DNA of 64,000 bases from an uncultured bacterium (GTDB lineage Bacteria; Deinococcota; Deinococci; Deinococcales; Trueperaceae): assembly GCA_964473205.1 (NCBI GenBank), contig CAYYOK010000003.1, forward strand, positions 22,417 through 86,416. The letters are read 5' to 3'. The notes beneath the pieces are model-generated. The model saw only the letters and a program-made list of their open reading frames with translations. It searched no databases and was not told the DNA's origin. Below are positions 58,147 through 64,000 of the stretch, piece by piece (the stretch's first letter is position 1; each line of letters starts with the position of its first letter). A program made the translations under genes and the position numbers.

Positions 58147-59322
58147 GTGAACCGTGCCGGCAGCCGACGAGCCTTGTGGGTTCTCTGCGCCAGCACGGCT
58201 TTCATCTTCGCGACCAAGGCGATGCTGACGCCGCTCGTGCCGTTGTTCAGCCTCCAGCTCGGGATGCCCGTCTCGGTGGTGGGTCTTCTCGTGGCGCTCT
58301 CGTACGTTCTTCCGCTCTTCCTCGCCCTGCCTGTCGGCAGCCTCGTGGACCGCCGCGGCTCGGCCGGCGTCATCACCGTAGGCGCCGCGCTCATGGCGCT
58401 CGGTCCCATGACTGTGGCGTTAGTGCCCAGCATCATCGCGCTGGCGGCCGGTCAGGTGATCGTCGGTCTGGCGCACCTTCTGGTCGGTCTCGCCACGCAG
58501 AGCCTGGTCGCCTCGCTCTCTACCGGCGTGCACCGCGAGCGCGATTTCGGATGGTACACGACCTTCGCCTCGGCCGGCCAGCTCGTAGGCCCTCTGCTCG
58601 CTGGCATCTTGGCGGACGGTTTCGGGTTCACAGCGGCCTTCGCCGTGGCAGGAGCTCTGTCGGTAGTGGGAGTGTCGCTCGCGCTGCTGCTGCCGAGGAA
58701 CCGCAGGGCGGAGGACACGACCGCGGGCCTGGGGGCCAACCTCTTGAAGGTCCGCTCGCTGCTCGGTAAGCCCGGGATTCATCTCGGGATCGTGGCGAGC
58801 GCTAGCGGGATGTTCGCCATGACGGCGTTCCAGGCGTTCCAACCTGCGTATCTCGAAGGCTTGCAGTACACCGCCACGACCATCGGGCTCTTGCTGTCGA
58901 TCAAGAGCCTCTCTTCGATGCTGATCAGGCCTTTCACGCCGGCGGTCGTCCGGTCGTTCGGCGGGAAGCTGAACACGCTATCGGCGATGATGCTGATCAT
59001 CGCCGTCACCATCGGGGTTACCGGCTACTTCTCGTCTTTCGTGCCGCTGGCGCTGCTCTCCATCGGCTTCGGCATAGGGTTCGGCATCTCGCAGCCTGTC
59101 AGCATGGTGACGGTGATCGAAGAGAGCGATCCGGGCAACCGGGGCTTCCTCCTGGGGCTGCGCCTTACCGGCAACCGCATCGCTCAGCTGGTCGGCCCGC
59201 TGATCGTCGGTTTCGTCGCCGATGCTGGCGGGTTCGGACCGGCGTTCCTCTCGGGTGCGCTGGTGGTCGTCGCCGGAAGCCTCATCGTGCGAGCGCTCAG
59301 GCCGCGGAACCCGGTGACCTGA
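58147..59322 (+). CDS. MFS transporter
   Basis: 391 aa with about 12 hydrophobic helices and a GSLVDRRGSAG loop-2/3 motif. Confidence 0.75.
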   Translation: MNRAGSRRALWVLCASTAFIFATKAMLTPLVPLFSLQLGMPVSVVGLLVALSYVLPLFLALPVGSLVDRRGSAGVITVGAALMALGPMTVALVPSIIALAAGQVIVGLAHLLVGLATQSLVASLSTGVHRERDFGWYTTFASAGQLVGPLLAGILADGFGFTAAFAVAGALSVVGVSLALLLPRNRRAEDTTAGLGANLLKVRSLLGKPGIHLGIVASASGMFAMTAFQAFQPAYLEGLQYTATTIGLLLSIKSLSSMLIRPFTPAVVRSFGGKLNTLSAMMLIIAVTIGVTGYFSSFVPLALLSIGFGIGFGISQPVSMVTVIEESDPGNRGFLLGLRLTGNRIAQLVGPLIVGFVADAGGFGPAFLSGALVVVAGSLIVRALRPRNPVT

Positions 59323-59323
59323 G

Positions 59324-60328
59324 CTATGCCTTCGCGGAAGAGGGGCGCAGCTTAGGGATGACATCGCGGGCGAACGCCTCGATGAACTCGATCTGGTTCC
59401 GCCCGACGTTGTGCAGGTGGATCTCGGTGAACCCGAGGTCGACGAACTGCTGGATGTGCTCGCGGTGCTCGTCGAGGTCGGGGGAGATCAGCATACGGTC
59501 CTTGAAGTTCTCGATGCGCACCAGGCGGGCGATGGCCTCGAAGTCCTCCGGCGACCTGATGTCCTGCTTCGGGAACGCCATGCCGCCGTTGGGCCATTGG
59601 TCCAGCGCGTTCGCCTCGGCTCGCTCGCGCGTGGCGTCCCACGACAGGTGAAGCTGGAGCAGCTTGGGCATCGTGTCCGGATCCTTACCGGCTTCCCTCG
59701 CTCCGTCCGCGAACTTCTGCAGCAGCATCCTGAGCTTGGCCGGCGCGGCTCCCGGCAGGATGATGCCGTCACAGTTGGCGCCCGTCCAGCGCGCGGTGAC
59801 AGGACCCGCCGTAGCCACCAGGATCGGGATCGGCTGCTCGGGAACCGTCCAGAGCTTGACCCTTCCGACCTTGAAGTAGCCGTCTTCGCGATGCTTGATG
59901 ACCTTGCCGGTGAGAAGCACGCGGATGATCTCGGTCGCCTCTTGCATCATCTTCAGTCGCACGTGGGGCTCGGGCCATGGGCCGCCCACGAAATGCTCGT
60001 TGAGCGCCTCTCCGCTCCCGAGGCCGAGCCAGAAGCGACCTGGGTACATCGCCCCCAGCGTCGCTGCCGCCTGTGCGACCACGGCTGGATGGTAACGAAA
60101 CGAGGGGCAGGTGACCCCGGGCCCGAAGCTCAGGCTGGAGGTCGCTTCGCCCAGGGACGCCATCCACGACCAGACGAACGCGCTCTCGCCCTGCGCGGGC
60201 ACCCAAGGCTGGAAGTGGTCAGCGGCCATCACGCCGGTGAAGCCCACGCTCTCCGCCTTGGCGCAGTACCTCAGCAGCTCAGTCGGCCCGAACTGCTCAA
60301 GCGCGGCTGCGTATCCGATCGTCGTCAC
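59324..60328 (-). CDS. LLM-class F420-dependent oxidoreductase, glucose-6-phosphate-dehydrogenase (Fgd)-like family
   Basis: 334 aa. MTTIGYAAALEQFGPTELL..., ADHFQPW and RFWLGLGSGEALNEH are characteristic of the Fgd-type LLM subfamily. GTG after GGAGGAGG. Confidence 0.75.
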   Translation of the reverse strand: MTTIGYAAALEQFGPTELLRYCAKAESVGFTGVMAADHFQPWVPAQGESAFVWSWMASLGEATSSLSFGPGVTCPSFRYHPAVVAQAAATLGAMYPGRFWLGLGSGEALNEHFVGGPWPEPHVRLKMMQEATEIIRVLLTGKVIKHREDGYFKVGRVKLWTVPEQPIPILVATAGPVTARWTGANCDGIILPGAAPAKLRMLLQKFADGAREAGKDPDTMPKLLQLHLSWDATRERAEANALDQWPNGGMAFPKQDIRSPEDFEAIARLVRIENFKDRMLISPDLDEHREHIQQFVDLGFTEIHLHNVGRNQIEFIEAFARDVIPKLRPSSAKA

Positions 60329-60415
60329 GGTTCCTCCTCCGTAGCCATTGTCTCCGAGTCAGCTTCTCCGAGGCCCTCGCCCTGCGCCGCGCCCACATGA
60401 GGCGCTACAGCTAGC

Positions 60416-60431
60416 GCGTACATTCGTATAC
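60416..60431. promoter_or_regulatory. operator-like repeat, site K (divergent fgd-like / cofE region)
   Basis: GCGTAC attc GTATAC, about 90-105 bp from both divergent starts (60328 minus, 60524 plus). Confidence 0.5.
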
Positions 60432-60523
60432 TACTGCATGCGAAAACAGTACCATCACCCTTCTAGGTTGGACAGGGCGTCGGCACGACCGGAGCGGAAA
60501 CCGGCTGGCAACACACACATACA

Positions 60524-61294
60524 ATGACGACGGCCTTGACCGACCGCCTAGAACTTCTTCCGATCACGTCCTTGCCGATCCTCACGGAGCCAGCCGATCT
60601 CGCCGAGTTGATCGCCCGGGGTCTCCGATCGGAGGGTCACGAGCCAGCGGACGGCGACGTGCTCGTCGTCGCGCAGAAGTTCGTCTCCAAGGCGGAGGGC
60701 GCGTTCGTCGACCTGAACTCCGTGGTTCCCAGCGAGGAGGCCAGGGAGGTCGCTCGGACCACCGGCAAGGACCCCAGGCTCGTTCACGTCATACTCCAGG
60801 AGTCCAAGACGGTGGTGCGGATATCCAATCAGCACCTGATCACCGAGCACCGGCTCGGTTACGTCTGTGCCAACGCCGGCGTAGACATGTCGAACTCAGG
60901 CGCGAAGGACCGGGCCGTACTGCTGCCGACCGACCCCGACGCCAGCGCCGCTCGGGTTCGGCGAGGGCTGGCCGATCGCTTCGGCGTGAACGTGAGCGTC
61001 ATCGTCAGCGACACGCACGGCAGGCCGTTTCGGAACGGCGCGATCGGCATCGCGATCGGCGTGTCGGGTCTGGAGCCACTGCTCTCCTACAAAGGCGAGG
61101 CGGACCTGGACGGTCGGATCTTGCAGACTTCTCAGGAGGCGATCGCAGACGAGCTGGCCTCGGCGGCATCCCTGCTCATGGGGCAGGGTGCTGAAGCCGT
61201 GCCAGTCGTCCTAGTTCGCGGCTACCGTCGCAGCCCGGGCGAGGGCACGCATCGCGACCTGGTACGCGATCCCGGCAGCGACTTGTTCCGTTGA
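60524..61294 (+). CDS. cofE: coenzyme F420-0:L-glutamate ligase
   Basis: 256 aa. VLVVAQKFVSKAEG, ANAGVDMSN, VIVSDTHGRPFRNG and AIADELASAASLLMGQGAEAVPVVLVRG are CofE/FbiB-N signatures. Confidence 0.85.
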   Translation: MTTALTDRLELLPITSLPILTEPADLAELIARGLRSEGHEPADGDVLVVAQKFVSKAEGAFVDLNSVVPSEEAREVARTTGKDPRLVHVILQESKTVVRISNQHLITEHRLGYVCANAGVDMSNSGAKDRAVLLPTDPDASAARVRRGLADRFGVNVSVIVSDTHGRPFRNGAIGIAIGVSGLEPLLSYKGEADLDGRILQTSQEAIADELASAASLLMGQGAEAVPVVLVRGYRRSPGEGTHRDLVRDPGSDLFR

Positions 61295-61379
61295 GACGGC
61301 CCCACCGCGAAGCGACTCGGCCGATGCGCGTCAGCTACGCCGCTGAGGGTTCGTTCTCACCCCAGACCGTCACTCGATC

Positions 61380-62150
61380 TCAGCCGAGCTCTTCCTTCAT
61401 GTTGAGCAGCAGACGGACGTGGAAAGCGTTGTCGATGTGCTGACGAGCGATGCGCTCGGCTCCGGCTTCGTCTCTACGCCGGATGGCGTCGATCAGCTCT
61501 CGGTGCTCTCTGAGGGCTTCGACCGCGCGACCTGGGTATGCGAGCGTGGTCTGGGTAGCGCGTCGCAGCGACGCATGGATCTGGGCCATGAAGCTGATGA
61601 GTGTGGAGTTGTGAGTCGATCTCAGGATCACCTCGTGGAAGCTGAAGTTCAGGCTCGCCAGCTCCTCTGGCCCGGCCTCCCTGGTCGCGGTCTCGAGCCG
61701 CGCCTGGGTGTGCTCTAGCCTGGTGAACTCCGTGCTGGACATCGTCGATGCAGCCATCCGTGCGGCCAGTCCCTCGAGCGCCGACCGGACCGCGTACACC
61801 TCTTCGATCTCCTCCCCGGTCAGCTCCGCGACTATCGCGCCGCCGCGCTGATCGCGGCGCACGAGCCCTTCGCTCTCCAGTCGAAAGATCGCTTCCCGAA
61901 CGGGCGTCCGGCTGACACCGAGGTGCCGGGCCGTGGTCTCCTCGACGAGTCGCACTCCTGGAGCGAGGTCTCCCTCCACGATGGTCTTGCGCAGTCGCTG
62001 GTAGACGTTCTCTGCCATGACGGCGCCCGCAACGGGTTCGAAGTTCGAAGAGTCGATCCGAGCCAACTTCGAGGGAACCGATGGTTTCGTGGCAGTCAGT
62101 TCGCTGCCGTCATCTTCTAGCATGCTGGAACTCTTTGAAGATCGAGCCAT
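61380..62150 (-). CDS. GntR-family transcriptional regulator (FadR subfamily, FCD domain)
   Basis: wHTH VYQRLRKTIVEGDLAPGVRLVEETTARHLGVSRTPVREAIFRLESEGLV, followed by an all-helical FCD-like domain. The true start may be ATG 62018, since the first 44 codons are unlike other GntR N-termini. Confidence 0.85.
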   Translation of the reverse strand: MARSSKSSSMLEDDGSELTATKPSVPSKLARIDSSNFEPVAGAVMAENVYQRLRKTIVEGDLAPGVRLVEETTARHLGVSRTPVREAIFRLESEGLVRRDQRGGAIVAELTGEEIEEVYAVRSALEGLAARMAASTMSSTEFTRLEHTQARLETATREAGPEELASLNFSFHEVILRSTHNSTLISFMAQIHASLRRATQTTLAYPGRAVEALREHRELIDAIRRRDEAGAERIARQHIDNAFHVRLLLNMKEELG

Positions 62151-62346
62151 ACAGTCACAAACCTAATCCTTCAGTAAGCATGCCCGACCTCGGTCTGCCG
62201 CGGGCCCGCCAAGCCGACGCCATGTGCTGGCGCTAGCGAACTTGTAGATTGGCCGCTAGCCGGCTTTGCCGAACGATACTACACGCCAGAGTGCTCGGGG
62301 GCTGCATAAGACGGCAGGCCTCGCCGGTCACCTCAGGTAGTCACCG

Positions 62347-63795
62347 CTAAAGCCGGATGCGCACGCTCTTGAGCTGCAGGTAGTTGTCGACGGCCTGCTG
62401 CCCCTCTTCACGCCCGATGCCGCTGAGCTTGTAGCCTCCGGCCGGGCAGGAGATGTCGCCGCAGAACCACTCGTTCACGTAGACCTGGCCCGACTCGAGC
62501 CGCGCGGCCACACGGTGCGCGGTGCTCAGATCGCGGGTCCACAGCCCGTTCGCGAGACCGTACTCGGTGTCGTTGGCCAGCGCCACGGCTTCGTCCTCGG
62601 TGCCGAAGCCCGTGATCGTGACGATCGGTCCGAAGACCTCCTCGCGCGAGATTCGCATGTCGGGTGTGACTCGATCGAAGACCGTTGGCGCTATGAAGTA
62701 CCCGGCAGCCAATCCGGCGTCTGTGACCCTGTGGCCGCCGGTGAGCAGTCGCGCACCTTCCCGTCGTCCGACCTCGATCATCGCCAGCACGCTGTTCAAG
62801 TGCCGCTCGGACACGACCGGGGTCAGGTCGTGATTCTCCATGCCAGGTCCTATGCTGAGCCGCTGCACGCGCGCCAGGAACCTATCGGTGAACTCCTCTC
62901 GCACGCTCTCGTGGACCAGCAGCCGTGGACCGGCGACGCAGATCTGACCCGCGTTGGAGAAGGCCGCCGCGATGCTGCCGTCGACCGCTGCGCCCAGGTC
63001 TGCGTCCGGGAACACGATGTTGGCGGCGTTGCCGCCCAGCTCTAGAACGACTCTCTTGAGCGTGGCCGACGAGCGCTCCAAGATCCGCTGTCCTACCGCC
63101 ACAGAGCCGGTGAAGGTGATACCGCCGATCTCCGGATGCGTCACCAGCGCTTCGCCGACGGTCGCTCCGGGGCCGGGCACGACGTTGATCAGGCCGTCCG
63201 GCAGACCGGCGAGCTTGGCGATCTCGCCGAGCCGGATCGCGCCGAGCAGGGCTTCCTGCGCGGGCTTGAGGATCGCCGCGTTGCCTGCTGCCAGGGCGGG
63301 CGCCAGGCTACGCGAAGCCTCCCACAACGGACCGTTCCACGGCACGATGTGGCCGGTCACGCCCAGGGGCTCGCGGACGGTGTAGACGTGATAGCCCTGC
63401 CGCACCGGCAGCTGCTCGCCCTCGAGCTTGTCGGCCATGCCGGCGAAGTACTCGAAGCGCCTCGCGGCGATGTCGCGCACGGTGATCTCCGAGTAGGCAA
63501 GCGTTCCGCCAGCATCCAGCGTCTCGAGGACCGAGAGGTCGGCGATCTCGTCGATGAGCGCGTCCGCCATGCGCCTCAAGCCGGCGGCGCGGTCTCTGGG
63601 AGCCATGGCCTGCCACTCGCGAGCCGCGGCGGCAGCCGACCGCACGGCCAGGTCGACATCTGCCGGTGTGCCGAGAGCGACCCTGGCGACGGCCTCGGCT
63701 GTGGCCGGGTCGATCGCATCGAACCAGGCGCCGCCCGTGGCCTCGCGCCACTCGCCGCCGATGTACAGTCCGAACTCGCGCATGTCCTGCATCAC
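62347..63795 (-). CDS. NAD(P)-dependent aldehyde dehydrogenase (ALDH-3)
   Basis: 482 aa. Motifs LELGGNAA, GQICVAGPR and EVFGPI. The start is ambiguous among GTG 63795, ATG 63792 and ATG 63783. Confidence 0.9.
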   Translation of the reverse strand: MMQDMREFGLYIGGEWREATGGAWFDAIDPATAEAVARVALGTPADVDLAVRSAAAAAREWQAMAPRDRAAGLRRMADALIDEIADLSVLETLDAGGTLAYSEITVRDIAARRFEYFAGMADKLEGEQLPVRQGYHVYTVREPLGVTGHIVPWNGPLWEASRSLAPALAAGNAAILKPAQEALLGAIRLGEIAKLAGLPDGLINVVPGPGATVGEALVTHPEIGGITFTGSVAVGQRILERSSATLKRVVLELGGNAANIVFPDADLGAAVDGSIAAAFSNAGQICVAGPRLLVHESVREEFTDRFLARVQRLSIGPGMENHDLTPVVSERHLNSVLAMIEVGRREGARLLTGGHRVTDAGLAAGYFIAPTVFDRVTPDMRISREEVFGPIVTITGFGTEDEAVALANDTEYGLANGLWTRDLSTAHRVAARLESGQVYVNEWFCGDISCPAGGYKLSGIGREEGQQAVDNYLQLKSVRIRL

Positions 63796-64000
63796 TCCTT
63801 CAGCCGGCTCGCCGAGTCGTCGCGCTCTCGGCGGAGGTCTGCGAGCTTCCGCAGCGGCCCCTTCACCTGTTGGTAGAGGTCGACGAAGATCGGGTACAGC
63901 TGGTCGTAGACCGCGGACTCTCGCTGGTCCGGCACTAATGTCGTCTCGAACCTGACCATCGCAGCGGCCGAGACCGCGAGAGGCTCTCCCGAAGAGGCGC
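63792..64000 (-). CDS. C-terminal fragment of an upstream gene, possibly an FGGY-family carbohydrate kinase
   Basis: Hand translation gives ...ASSGEPLAVSAAAMVRFETTLVPDQRESAVYDQLYPIFVDLYQQVKGPLRKLADLRRERDDSASRLKE*. The Y..Y...LY tail resembles FGGY kinase C-termini. The stop overlaps the ALDH-3 start (TGATG). Open to the window end. Confidence 0.35.
   Translation of the reverse strand, partial: ASSGEPLAVSAAAMVRFETTLVPDQRESAVYDQLYPIFVDLYQQVKGPLRKLADLRRERDDSASRLKE

Noticed and set aside
19052-60431. GTATAC hexamers as mere -10 promoter elements or as restriction/methylation target sites
   Set aside because: A -10 box would not recur two or three times at an exact 10-bp period. A restriction-modification target would not be concentrated in promoter-proximal intergenic DNA. 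The operator interpretation is preferred, although some copies may also overlap -10-like TATAC(T/A) sequences.
1-64000. CRISPR arrays, transposases, integrases, prophage or defence-system genes
   Set aside because: No regularly spaced direct repeats were found. No ORF showed DDE/tyrosine-recombinase, Cas, restriction-modification or other recognisable defence motifs. The only mobile element recognised is the dcd intein.

Overview
High-G+C bacterial chromosome segment, read by eye with no database searches. It has two parts. (1) About 1-17.3 kb is a housekeeping block: ald (partial), truB, a TPR-CPBP membrane protease, an OmpR/HK two-component pair, dcd, an SPFH protein plus a secreted alpha/beta-hydrolase, an RHH protein, the alaS-ruvX-mltG operon and an MFS transporter. 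(2) About 17.3-64 kb is a lower-G+C accessory and catabolic region. It carries etfBA, an AstE/AspA-family deacylase, nine paralogous family-5 (peptide/opine/nickel type) ABC substrate-binding proteins and two DppB/DppC-type permease pairs, but I saw no ABC ATPase. Interleaved with these are duplicated catabolic enzymes: 2 ornithine-cyclodeaminase-like, 2 isochorismatase-like, 2 AhpD/CMD-like, 4 aldehyde dehydrogenases and 3 LLM oxidoreductases. Single-copy enzymes are PrpD-family, amidase, TPP enzyme, RidA, ACC-deaminase-family PLP enzyme and a TcuA-like flavoprotein. The region also holds cofE, a GntR regulator and a partial FGGY-kinase-like gene. Two signals stand out. (a) dcd is split at its active-site loop by a 386-codon intein carrying an HNH (not LAGLIDADG) endonuclease. 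(b) A phased operator-like repeat, GTATAC-N4-GTATAC with a 10-bp period, occurs at 11 sites in 8 intergenic regions from etfBA to cofE. This argues that the whole accessory block is one regulon. No rRNA, tRNA, CRISPR array, transposase or integrase was recognised. Many long ORFs in the track are antisense or off-frame artefacts of high G+C.
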